A stretch of 63,874 nt of DNA, filler included, from Nemertoderma westbladi (lineage: Eukaryota > Animalia > Xenacoelomorpha): NCBI GenBank assembly GCA_032718475.1. It is 3 parts of 3 records of this genome, joined end to end, with 100 filler letters (N's around TTAATTAATTAA, not from the genome) between each part and the next. Parts side by side here need not be neighbours in the genome. Positions count along the whole stretch, not along the records: positions 23,584 to 54,818 come from JAUCBJ010000842.1; 2 more parts are not named here. One strand, given 5' to 3'. Position 1 is the stretch's first letter; each line of letters starts with the position of its first letter. The position numbers and the translations under genes are program-made. Positions 26,208-38,382 of the stretch are shown in pieces. The notes under the pieces are model-generated. The model made no database searches. It worked only from the letters and a program-made list of their open reading frames with translations, and was not told the origin of the DNA.

Positions 26208-27374
26208 TGTAAAAGCTTTTGCGGATATACTCAGTCCCCCTCGCCCGCAAGGTACCGTTATAGGTGTTTTAACGGACATAAAAGTCATTCTTCTATATAC
26301 GTGCTTTGGCGGACATGGTAAGGCAAAAAACCCGCAATGCACCAAATACCCTTGCACAGCTTAGCCTTGATGATTCAGATTACGACATCTAACAGCTGGT
26401 TGCTGACATGGAAACGGCCATTGGACACATGGTTCTTTGTTTAGCTTAACAGCCAATCAGAGCGATTTTTTCTGTCGATGTGGAGATATTTTTGGCAGAT
26501 CATACTAGGAGTGTTCAGTCTTACTGTTTTTCTTGATACTGTTGTGTTTTTCCTATCTAGGCCAGGAACACCGGCTCTAGAGTCAACTCGTTTTCATACT
26601 TTAGAAGAAACATTAGTAGGCTTAAATTATAGAGCATATAACTGTTATCTTATCTCAATTCAGTCTTACATTATCGGTTCAACATACATTATTATACTGC
26701 TGTTTACTGTTGTGTTTTGGTTGAATATTATTTGGAGAACATCTATAAAGAACCCAAATTTCCCAATTTTCTTGATACACTACAGGTTAGAGAGACGGGT
26801 TATATATAGCGATTGCGACTTATATTATTGTGGTTTGTAGTGAATTTAATGCTATTTGATAAGCACTACATGAGTCAGTTGCTGTTCTCTTTATATATGA
26901 TAAAATTCATTGACGGTCGGCAAATTAGTGAGCAGTATTGTGTGTTACCGGTAGTGTGCATGATTGTGACTGATAACTAAGCATTTCCTAAAGAATGCGC
27001 CTCATACGTGAATCGTAAGCCTTACCGACTTACCGTTGTGATTAGTATAAGTCATATCTCTGTTTACCTAGATAGAGCGCCACGTCCTAAAGGAACTGTT
27101 AATATTTCCCGAAAGTGAATAATATTAGTCAGAAATTATTTATTAACGATCAATCGAATAATACAGTAAGCTTACACTGCAATAATAATCTAAGCCCTCA
27201 GAATCCAGTCTCCCGGGTATATCCAGCGGGTGAATGGACGCGCACTAGGCTGGCTTCTGCTAATTTTGTGTTTATTGGTATTAAATACTTGTCAACTTCT
27301 AAAGTCTATTTATAAACCAAAAGACATATAAATTTTGAAGGTTAAACTGCTAAAGGTCTTCAAAAGCACGTACA
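26208..27374 (+). repeat. 5' LTR (1167 bp)
   Basis: TGTA...TACA; about ten differences from the 3' LTR by eye. Confidence 0.95.
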
Positions 27375-27439
27375 ATAACAGTTATTGTCTTTATTGCAGT
27401 AAGCAATAAAGTTTAAAGTACCGGTCGACCGGTAAACCT

Positions 27440-27601
27440 GAACCGGTACTGCTGTAGGTCCGTAGGCCTAACTGCCTGAACCGGTACTGCTGTAGGTCCG
27501 TAGGCCCAACTGCCAGAACCGGTACTGCTGTAGGTCCGTAGGCCCAACTGCCAGAACCGGTACTGCTATAGGTCTGTAGGCCCAACTGTCCTAACCGGTA
27601 C
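27440..27601. repeat. 38-bp tandem repeat, four copies plus a partial, in the leader
   Basis: GAACCGGTACTGCTGTAGGTCCGTAGGCCCAACTGCCA at 27440, 27478, 27516, 27554. Confidence 0.95.
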
Positions 27602-29357
27602 TTCCAGTACAAGTACATTAGTGTTATTCGATTTTGATTATTGTATACCGGTAGGTCTTAGTATTTAATCAGGGACTGCAGCCCTGGTTTTTTATTGAGA
27701 TTTTACTTATTTCTGTCGGTTTTATTTACATGTAAGTTAATATTGAGCTGAAGACGTGTAAGTCTGCTCAGATTGTTCAGATAATTGTAGGCTGGACTGT
27801 TGTCTGACTGTTGTTGGGTCTGGAGAGATTACGGTGTGTGTAGAGTCTGTCCGATAAAGTGCCAGTTAGTAAGTTGGGGCAGCCAGAGCTGTAAGGTCAA
27901 TCCCCTCTTAAAGAATAAGTCGTACTACAGTGTTAGAACGCATACTAACTAACCATTTTGGAATCTGCATATACTGTAGTTTATTTAGGCTTGATGGTAG
28001 TCTGCCAGCGTTTGGTTTGTATTTTGTTTGAGTATTCTGTACGGGTAGCGTAATATTTATTATTCAGAGTTTATGCGATTATTCGCAACATTCATATCCC
28101 TAAGTTTATTCCTACAGTAATTGTGCTTGTTATATATACCGTTATAGTTAAATTAACCCCGGTACTACACGGGCTGCTTGGCGTAGGTAAAGACTGGTGA
28201 TTTTGTGCACCGGTCACTCCAGCAGATGCCGTGGTTCTTTTAGCTGTTCAAGTATTTTAACTACTGATTATTTGTTGTACCAGTACTTGTACCTAATTTA
28301 GGGTTTAGTGTACAGTGCTTTCCGAAGGTAATTAGTGTATAGGCAGTATATTTGTGTTGTAAAGTGGTTAATAGGCACGTTGGTTCTGGTAGACCGCGGT
28401 AATTAACTTCTAGGTAGGGACACTCCGTGATACATAACGTAGTACCTATAGCGATACGGCTATAGGTCGTCAGACGGTGGTATTTTCCTATCTGGACAAC
28501 GCAGTATATTGACTACTGCTTTATTATTCTCAAATACCGTAGTATCCTGTCTGTTGTAATAACCAGAAGTTCTAACCCTTTGTTAGACTGGTTTGTAGTT
28601 TCCCTATTTTTTTGTTGTGTTTAGTTAGAGAATTAATCTCACCCGTATCGTAAGTAATTAGTAGATAAGTAACTTAGGAAGTAGAATTATCTGTTTTAGT
28701 GTCTAATAAGTAGCACTTCACTGAGAGCGCACAGCTTTTGTGTAGTGATTACTTCCCAGAGATAATAACATCTATTTCAATATTGTAACAAAACCCCTCA
28801 TACGGGTACATATAAATCCACTAAATCTATTAATAAAATAGTAGGCCTGTTATACAACACTTAGGTCTTAATATCAGTTGGACTGCTGCTCAAATAACGG
28901 TAATAAAGTTAGTAAAGTAACCAAGTAACCCCTAACATTCAGAAATTCAATTATTTTTAAAATAATTGACATGCCGGTATTTACAATAGGCTTATTATAT
29001 TTATTCTATAAATTTAGGCTGAAATCATACCGGTATTCTGTAATTAATTCTAGTCTGTAATAATTATACTTATATATACTATAAGTGTCAGCTGTATACC
29101 GGTATTCACGATAGGCCTATTATATATTTATATATAGTTGTGCTAAAATTATATACCGGTACTCTGTGACAAATCTAGTCTGTAATAATACTTATATATA
29201 TACTATAAGCATACCGGTATTCTAATATATTATATATATATCACGCTACACTGAGTAGCAGTATCGGTAATTAATTATTAGGCTAACAGTGATACTGAAT
29301 TACTAGACTTACTTTAGCTGTATTTATAGCCGTAGGCATTCAACTGTGTAAACAAAC

Positions 29358-32300
29358 ATGTCTGACACAAAACGGGCACTGTCAGATAGTCTTTTGGAAG
29401 GTGTTAGAATGAGTCTTAGACTTGGACAGGGTCTTGAAAGGAAGATGGCAGAGGCAATGGCAACAGCAGAAGCGGAAAGAAAAGCGGCAGAGGCAATGGC
29501 AACAGCAGAAGCGGAAAGAAAGGCGGCAGAGACAATGGCAACAGCAGAAGCGGAAAGAAAGGCGGCAGAGGCAATGGCAACAGTAGAAGCGGAAAGAAAG
29601 ATAGAGACACCTGTACTCCTAGAACCTGCCTATAAATTCCCTTTGTACAGTACTAAACTACCTGTGCCCAGTAGGACTGTTCCCGAGTCCGAACCCGTCC
29701 TAGACGCCGAGCGAGATATCAAGAATTTATCGCCCGTCGTCTCTCGCTCGCCCGCTACTACGTTGGCGACTCCCGCTTCGGTGGTTGAGTGGGTAGCTGA
29801 GGGACGACGGGAGATGGGTCTCCTGCTCGAGCAGCTGAGGGAACACTGTTTGTGCTCCTCTCAGCAGGTCCGGGAAATGGAAGAGACTGTTCAGCAGCTC
29901 AAGGGAACAGTAAGGGAAAGTAGGTTAGAGTTGCAAAAGGTGCAGCAAAGTATCGCGTTAGAACGCGATAAATTAGTCAATTTACAAAAGGGTATACCAC
30001 CACCCCCTGTAACAATGTGTCAACCCGTTAGGTCTGAAGTATCTCATGCGCAAGGTGTGGAGCCTACACGCATCTATACTGCTAGTGAAGTAGAAACTCC
30101 TATAGTAAACCCTATTCAGGGTGATTATAAACCTGTTGATAATAATATTCCATATAGACCTGATCATAATCCGAGAAATTTATATACCGATAATTCTATA
30201 TTCAATAATACGATGGCTCAAGAAAGTTTTACGCGTCAAATGGCTAGAACCGAAGCCCGTCAAGCGGTAAAGGTTGGAGAGATCGTCAAGTTCAATGGAG
30301 ATGAGATGAAATGGTTACCTTTTAATGAATATTACAAAGATAACATACAGAATTCTGTGCTATCTAACGGAGAGAAACTCAGATACCTCATCGAATGCTT
30401 GGAAGGACCTCCCAAGTTAATGGCGTTAAAATTTATTGGACATCCAGATGGATTAAGACAAGTTTGGGATACATTAAACATCAGGTATGGTAATAGGACT
30501 AACATAGCTAGATAGCTTTATATGCGAAATTAATGGCGCCCCGAAAGTTTCTTAGCAGCGGGATTATAGAATTTTCCGATGAGATTCAGGAGATCTGTAG
30601 ACAGCTAGATTGGTTAGGTAAGTCTCATGAATACCAGAACTCTATGGTTGTAGGAGCCTTAGCATCTACTTTACCAAAGGGTGGAGTAGGTACACGCTGG
30701 GACAAGAAAGTGTTATATATGATGGAACAACAACAACGAGACCCTACCATGGCTGATCTCATGTCCTTCTTAGTGAAATTACTACTCATAAAGCAGTCCA
30801 GAGAGAAAACATCGGAAAATAAGGTAAGTGAGAAACCCGTTTCTAGGAGAAGGGTAACACCAGTGTGTTATACTGACGACGGCGAAAGCCAAGTCTCTCA
30901 GGAAGAGGACAGCGGGAAAGACACAGCAAAATCTTACTATGATAACAAGACCTATAAAGACGTAAGTAAATATAAGTCTCGAACCAGGGACAGGAGAGAA
31001 CAGGTAACAACAACTCCTCCTACGTCTCCTAAGATAATTCACGGAAGAAAGCCCGAAGAAAGAACGAGAGTGCATAACGTTGCCCAAGGTAAAGTGAGTA
31101 ACATCAAACCAAAATGTGCGCTGTGCGACGGGCCCCACCGTTTGAGTGTGTGTGCTGAATTCCTAAAGAAATCCCTGGTAGACAGACGTGAAGTCATGTG
31201 GGATAAGCGGTTATGCTATAATTGCCTCAGACCAGGACACCAACGGCGAACCTGTTACTCCGAAGTAAAGTGTGCAAAGTGCGGTGCGAAACATCACATC
31301 TTGTTACGCAGTGAATTCGAACGAAACAACCCGAGTCAGGTAAGTGAGCCCGAACTACATGTCCAATTCAGTGATGTAAATGACACTGATCAAGAGTCTG
31401 AGATGGAAGGATTCTATACGGACGAATTCTCCGACGCCAACGAATCCTGTTACCTAATCAATACCGCGGTGTATCGAGCACTTACTTACGAAAAGGACAC
31501 CGACAATGAGTTCCCCCCAACTACCTTTGCCAGACAACCATCTTGGAAAGCTCCAACTTCCAACGTAGGAATCAGAGAATTTCCTGTAGTGCAGGTAAGA
31601 GTTCATGGTCCTAACAAAAGTTACATAGTGAACGCCCTCCTTGACTCCGGCAGCACAGGAACATTCATCGATCAAGAACTAGCCGAAGATATCTTTGCTG
31701 GACAACCCAAATTCAGGACTAAATTGAATATGTCAGGAATTATGCAGGTTTGGAAATATACCCTAACGGCAGACTACTATGTAGGTGTGTTGTCCACCCC
31801 CCAGGATAAATTAGGAGCACAAGGTATAAGGTCGGTAAAAATGGTGGCTATAAAGAACTTCGCTACTACCCAAGCAGACCTTTATAATTGGGACGAGGAT
31901 GAGAGCATCCAACATCTTAAGATACCTCGATTCCAGACAGATTATCCTGGAGTGCAAATACTCATCGGCCAAAACGCGCATGAGGCGCTTGAGACATTGG
32001 AGAAACGGCCTGCTCAACCGCAGCCACTACAAACCTATGTGGTAAGAACTAGAGTAGGTTGGTACTTCACTGGCCCTTCCCGTAGAACTCTCAAAGAGAG
32101 ATTACCTCAACAACAGGTATACCAAGTAAAGGAATGGGAAGTGGAGAGCAGTGATGTGGATGATCCAACTGAGGGAAAACCATACTCCTCAGATAATGAC
32201 GATATTAACTCCAATGTAGATCAATGGAGACATTGCCTTGGGACGATTAATCCAGCCGACATCGCTTCCAGAGGAGCAACTCCTCAAGAACTGATAGATA

Positions 32301-32548
32301 CTCCAGGCTGGTTAGGTGGATCCGACTTCTTAAGTAAAGAAGAAGAAGAATGGCCTCCTCATCTTACCACGGCGGAGATTAGACAGGCCAAGGGAGCGGA
32401 GAAAGTAACACAACAACTCAATCGCCCAGCTGGTCGTTTATGTTTACTGGAAAGAGACCGAAAACTGTCCGGAAACTATGGAAGGCAAGATACTCTTCCT
32501 ACGACCACTTCCCTAATCCGACAAATATCTAGGGACTCCATAACGTAA
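29358..32548 (+). pseudogene. BEL-type gag-protease, one frameshift near 30510, fused to a short pol remnant
   Basis: 13-aa AEAMATAEAERKA repeats, KFNGDEMKW gag domain, three BEL-type knuckles (CALCDGPHRLSVC, CYNCLRPGHQRRTC, CAKCGAKHH), ALLDSGS, RTRVGWYFTGP, then WRHCLGTINPADIASRG...GSDFL...WP. Confidence 0.9.
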
Positions 32549-34181
32549 TAACATATGGAGTGGGCGTGTGACTATATCATTTTATATTTGTTTTTATTTT
32601 ATATTTATGTATGTATTATTATGTAATTTTATTATAATCGTTTTCTTTAATTTTATTTAGTAGAATGTTCTTTTAGTCATTATTTAGTAGATTAGTGCAA
32701 TATATATTATTGTTTATTACGTACGTAATTACTTATAATATATATTTAGTGCGACGGCGAGAAATAATTATTTTTTCTCTTTCCTTACTGTCCGTATCAT
32801 ATTATAAATACGTGACTACAGTAAGATGAAATGTCCGTACTTATTAAAGTACAATAAAGCCACTACTATATTCAAGTATTATTGGTAGGCAGAGTATTAG
32901 GAATGCAAAGTTCAGATCCTCGTGTCTCGGCTAAACCAAGCTCTGGGTAGACCTTGGAAACGACTTGCCTCTTCACACTGACATTGCTTCGTGCGATATT
33001 GCTCTTCTACCTTATATTAAATAATACATATAGTAGCGTGATGTCCCTATAACAGTAGCGTAAAACGCAAATAAATCTGTTAAACTTTTTGACCATCTGT
33101 AATTCTAGTCGATTAAGATATCGCGGCACCCATCGATATACTTGAAAGACAAATTCTAGAATCAGTGGTTAACGTCCCCAGACAAGTTCTGGAATAAATC
33201 GGTGCCTATCTTAAATATTAATTTAATATTTATTAAAATCTGTAAAATTCAGATCCTTTAAAATTTCTAGTCAATTAAGATATCGCAGCACTTACCGATA
33301 CTCTTAAAAGACAATTTTCATAGAATTAAGGATCCTATGTCCCCAGACCTGCTCTGGAATCAAATTGTGTCAATTTTAACATCAAATAATAAAATTCACG
33401 GGAATAAATTTAAATTCATACTTTAAATGAATTTCATAAATTGTCGTTTTGTGCAATTTATAACATTCCCAAAATTCCATTAATTAATAGATCATGGGAG
33501 CGGAGATTCATCCTATTGAGTGTATTAGAGTGCGAGAATCTCCGACATATAGTCAATAGCCAATAAAATTAATAAAATCATGTATAAAGAGGCTATTGAC
33601 AATTAAAGAATTATTATTAAATAGCATCCCAGATCTGTATGCATGAGAATTACCCTAATTCTACCGCTAGCATTCCATAATGTCACCATAGCAACACCCA
33701 CGCTAGAATTAGAAGCAAGTTAAGAGAACAATAGAAAGCTTGTCCCATTGCATAGCATAGAGAATACATAACACACTGTTAGTATCCAAGTATACACAGT
33801 AATAACGTGACATTCTGGAATGCACTGACTAACGGACAAATGGCCTGTATGTGTACAATTGGTGACAGTTGTGTGGAATTTGTGCGTTTATAGGTGAATA
33901 TTACTGCTAAAGTATGTTTACAGTAGCTAGTCGCAATTGTGAAAGTAGCCCAACTCTCCTATAGAAAGAACCTAAAGTGGATTCAAGCCTTTGGGACGGA
34001 CAGTGGAGTGACTTGTGCCGGTTATCGTTGTCGTGATGTTGCTACATGTTGGCGTAAACACCGCGACGACGGTACATCGGCGCTGAGAATCCCACTGTCC
34101 GGGGGCAAAGAGAGGTAGGCAGCGACTTCCGCTCGCCTAAACATAAACTCATTTCGATATTAATAAACTCAGATAGCAGAT

Positions 34182-34580
34182 ATGACGGAGTTGATAGAAG
34201 ATGTTCTTGGTATCAGGGAGCGATATACTCTACCTTTGCAAGCATTTGTGGATAGCTTGATACGCGGTGAAACCGATCCAACCGTTACGGAGGACGATGG
34301 TCGTTATATCGAACCGCCGATGTCCCAAGAACAACTTACGCGTGAATTGGACTATCGAAAATTCACCGCTCGCTATACGCATCGTAATAGTACGTATATG
34401 GACTTCCTAACTACCGGCCATCCTATCGATTTACATGATACGGACGATGTAGACACCAAAAGGGAAATGGTTCTATTTAAATATCATACCCAGCGGAGTC
34501 GTAACGATAAACCGAGAATAGATCACGAAAATTCTATTCGTAACAGACTGGGAAGACGAACCAATATGTCTAGAATCTGA
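34182..34580 (+). CDS. Extra ORF A of the LTR element, 132 aa, unknown function
   Basis: Open ATG-initiated frame overlapping the next open frame; no recognisable domain. Confidence 0.5.
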   Translation: MTELIEDVLGIRERYTLPLQAFVDSLIRGETDPTVTEDDGRYIEPPMSQEQLTRELDYRKFTARYTHRNSTYMDFLTTGHPIDLHDTDDVDTKREMVLFKYHTQRSRNDKPRIDHENSIRNRLGRRTNMSRI

Positions 34581-35631
34581 GGATATTCAGCCTATCGCGC
34601 CCCGGAACAGCGACAACGATTACATCATAGAATGGTATCAAGGTCCACAGTGTCTCACTGCGTACGATTATCGACATGCCAACTATGTTTCTAGGCAACG
34701 TTGTCGGTTATGCGCATCGAGAGACCATGATACGCCCATGGACACAAACGTCCGCTGTTCCTATTTCCAAGAACAACCGACTATGGAAATTTATTGCGCA
34801 TATTGCAGACTCAATAACTTGCATATTTTTACGGTTTGCCCTCAATTTATGACTCAATGTCACCATTGTCAACTAAAGGGACATGCCAGTTTCGATTGCC
34901 CTTTTAATCACGATTTGGAAAGCGTAGATGAAATGATCACACTACGTTACATCAGAGCTTGGGAAGCGAACGCTGATTTACATTGTGATTCGCGCCATCG
35001 CTATTATCCCGGACGCGCTTACGAAGGAGTTTATGCGTTCCATCCTTATCTATTCGCTTCGGTCGAACAGAAATCACGCATATCGAGTTACGAGCTACTG
35101 AAGCGCGTCGGAGAATGTATTTCAACCAAATTCGTACGCAAATTTCTCAGGAGTGTTAATCCTAGCGACCTTCATTCCTATAACTTAATCAATTACATCC
35201 GTCAGGATCCGGACTATGGAGACTTATTCGTTAACTCACACCCCGAGTTACAAGAAGTATATCGACGGCCTTACGAATACCGAGCCCGCGAACGCGAGTT
35301 GGAAAGAACCATTAAACCCCGGAGGTTTCTAACTGCCTATGGTCCACCCACGGCCCTCGTTCAGACCACTCGTAAAGGACCCGTAAGAGCGGCTGTCTTA
35401 AAACGAGCTCTCAAAGCCGTTAGACCCCTCTCCCCCGACGTTGATGTCAATCAACCCGGTACTTCGACTGGCGGATACACCGACCATAATCCTGCACCCT
35501 CTGATCCAATCATATTGCACCCTTCACCCAGGAGTTATAGCCCTCCTTGTAAAGTGGCTCGCCCCAAAGAGAAAAGGACTCTGGCTAGCTTTAAAAAACT
35601 GCGTAAACGCCGTCCGCGCAAGAAAGACTAA
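34522..35631 (+). CDS. Extra ORF B, multi zinc-knuckle protein with basic C-terminus
   Basis: Frame open from 34522 (first ATG 34738): CRLCASRDH, CAYCRLNNLHIFTVCP, CHHCQLKGHASFDCP; ends KKLRKRRPRKKD. Confidence 0.72.
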   Translation: MTKILFVTDWEDEPICLESEDIQPIAPRNSDNDYIIEWYQGPQCLTAYDYRHANYVSRQRCRLCASRDHDTPMDTNVRCSYFQEQPTMEIYCAYCRLNNLHIFTVCPQFMTQCHHCQLKGHASFDCPFNHDLESVDEMITLRYIRAWEANADLHCDSRHRYYPGRAYEGVYAFHPYLFASVEQKSRISSYELLKRVGECISTKFVRKFLRSVNPSDLHSYNLINYIRQDPDYGDLFVNSHPELQEVYRRPYEYRARERELERTIKPRRFLTAYGPPTALVQTTRKGPVRAAVLKRALKAVRPLSPDVDVNQPGTSTGGYTDHNPAPSDPIILHPSPRSYSPPCKVARPKEKRTLASFKKLRKRRPRKKD

Positions 35632-35709
35632 CTGTTTAGAGTATTTACATATATTAGAAACTGTGATTTTTGTATATTTATTGACTTGAATCCCATTTTC
35701 TGGGAGCGG

Positions 35710-36877
35710 TGCAAAAGCTTTTGCGGATATACTCAGTCCCCCTCGCCCGCAAGGTACCGTTATAGGTGTTTTAACGGACATAAAAGTCATTCTTCTATAT
35801 ACGTGCTTTGGCGGACATGGTAAGGCAAAAAACCCCCAATGCACCAAATACCCTTGCACAGCTTAGCCTTGATGATTCAGATTACGACATCTAACAGCTG
35901 GTTGCTGACATGGAAACGGCCATTGGACACATGGTTCTTTGTTTAGCTTAACAGCCAATCAGAGCGATTTTTTCTGTCGATGTGGAGATATTTTTGGCAG
36001 ATCATACTAGGAGTGTTCAGTCTTACTGTTTTTCTTGATACTGTTGTGTTTTTCCTATCTAGGCCAGGAACACCGGCTCTAGAGTCAACTCGTTTTCATA
36101 CTTTAGAAGAAACATTAGTAGGCTTAAATTATAGAGCGTATAACTGTTATCTTATCTCAATTCAGTCTTACATTATCGGTTCAACATACATTATTATACT
36201 GCTGTTTACTGTTGTGTTTTGGTTGAATATTATTTGGAGAACATCTATAAAGAACCCAAATTTCCCAATTTTCTTGATACACTACAGGTTAGAGAGACGG
36301 GTTATATATAGCGATTGCGACTTATATTATTGTGGTTTGTAGTGAATTTAATGCTATTTGATAAGCACTACATAAGTCAGTTGCTGTTCTCTTTATATAT
36401 GATAAAATTCATTGACGGTCGGCAAATTAGTGAGCAGTATTGTGTGTTACCGGTAGTGTGCATGATTGTGACTGATAACTAAGCATTTCCTAAAGAATGC
36501 GCCTCATACGTGAATCATAAGCCTTACCGACTTACCGTTGTGATTAGTATAAGTCATATCTCTGTTTACCTAGATAGAGCGCCACGTCCTAAAGGAACTG
36601 TTAATATTTCCCGAAAGTGAATAATATTAGTCAGAAATTATTTATTAACGATCAATCGAATAATACAGTAAGCTTACACTGCAATAATAATCTAAGCCCT
36701 CAGAATCCAGTCTCCCGGGTATATCCAGCGGGTGAATGGACGCGCACTAGGCTGGCTTCTGCTAATGTTGTGTTTATTGGTATTAAATATTTGTCAACTT
36801 CTAAAGTCTATTTATAAACCAAAAGACATATAAATTTTGGCAGGTTAAACTGCTAAAGGTCTTCAAAAGCGCGTACA
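35710..36877 (+). repeat. 3' LTR (1168 bp)
   Basis: Direct repeat of 26208-27374; preceded by GGGAGCGG. Confidence 0.95.
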
Positions 36878-36882
36878 TTAAC

Positions 36883-38332
36883 ACCAGTCCTTAAGAAGAT
36901 AAAATTGGACCCAGAAATTCTTAAAAACTTCAGGCCGGTCTCCAACTTGCTTTACATTTCGAAATTAATAGAAAAGGTCGTCGCAAACCATCTGATTCAA
37001 TATATGAATATTCACAACCTACATGAGCCGATGCAAAGCGCATACAGGCACCACCATGGAACAGAAACAGCACTTCTTTCAGTAAATGATTCTATTTTCC
37101 GCAGCATCGACTCAGGTTCAGCAGTGCTAGTTGTTCTCTTGGATTTATCTGCAGCGTTCGACACGGTTGAACATGAGAAACTCTTAGAAATTCTTAAGTC
37201 TGATATAGGGATAACTGGAAATGCACTTAAATGGTTCAAATCATATTTGTCTGATCGTAAACAGCAAGTTCGTGTTGGTAGTCATTATTCTACATACAGA
37301 GACCTAAAGTATGGATTGCCACAAGGTTCTGTGCTTGGTCCGCTACTATTTACAATTTATACACGCTCTTTATCTGCTGTAATAAAAAAGCATGGTTTAT
37401 CATACCATCTGTATGCTGATGATACTCAAATATATATCAGTTTCAAATCTGTAAATATTGATTCAGCAGTTCAGGTGACTGAGGATTGCCTAAATGATAT
37501 TCAGAAATGGATGTACACATATATGCTCAAGATGAACTCCGAGAAAACCGAAGTGCTGCTACTGCAGTCGCGATTTGGCACATCAGTTGACAACCCACAA
37601 ATACGTATTGGTAACGACGTGGTGGGCTGCAGCACCGATGCCCGCAATATCGGCTTTACTATGGATCATTATATGGCGTTCAGTAAACAAATATCTCTAA
37701 CTGTTCGCAGTGCGTTTTTCCACATCCGAAATCTATCAAAAATACGGCGGTGTTTAGCAAAACATGACCTCGAAACGCTAATCCACGCATTTATCACCAG
37801 CTCTTTAGACAATAACAATTCGTTATATTATGGATTGCCAGACAAATATATAAACAAACTACAATATGTCCAGAACTCTGCGGCGCGCCTACTAACAGGC
37901 ACAAAGAAACGACAACATATTAAACCTGTGCTCAAATATCTCCACTGGTTGCCTGTATTGCGACGCATTGACTTTAAGATTGTACTTATAGTATATAAGT
38001 GTATCAATGGCTACGCTCCGAGCTATTTAAAGAATTTGCTGACCCGGTACATTCCTCATCGTTCTCTGCGTTCAGGTGATGATGAACTAACTCTGGTTGC
38101 GCCTCGTTAAGTTACGGGAGGCGGGCTTTCTCAGTTGCCGGGCCCCGTTTATGGAACGCTCTCCCTTATTCGGTCCGCAGTGCACACACCGTGGAATTGT
38201 TTAAGTCGCGGCTGAAAACACACTACTTTTCGTTAGAATACGTAATTAACTAATTGTGTACGCGTACCTGCGCCTTGATTTAGTGCCCTTAAAAGGCGCG
38301 TTATAAATAAATTATTATTATTATTATTATTA
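36883..38332 (+). mobile_element. L2-clade LINE, right piece (RT and 3' tail)
   Basis: LDLSAAFDTV, GLPQGSVLGP, YADDTQIY, LHWLPVLRRIDFK; GCGCCTT/AAGGCGC stem; (TTA)n tail. Confidence 0.93.
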
Positions 38333-38382
38333 TAGATCTTTCAGCCATTTGAAGCGGATTCAAAATTCGCTTAAACTTAAAC

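Larger units (their letters stand above)
26208..36877 (+). mobile_element. Non-autonomous BEL/Pao-derived LTR element (gag-protease plus extra ORFs, no RT or IN)
   Basis: Two LTRs, TSD TTAAC (26203-26207 and 36878-36882), purine tract before the 3' LTR. Confidence 0.92.

Noticed and set aside
26478-26840. Hydrophobic 120-aa ORF present twice (also 35980-36342), possible membrane protein or env
   Set aside because: Duplicated only because it lies in the LTR; T-rich composition explains the hydrophobicity.
27440-27601. 38-bp repeats as a CRISPR array
   Set aside because: Head-to-tail units without spacers inside a retroelement leader.
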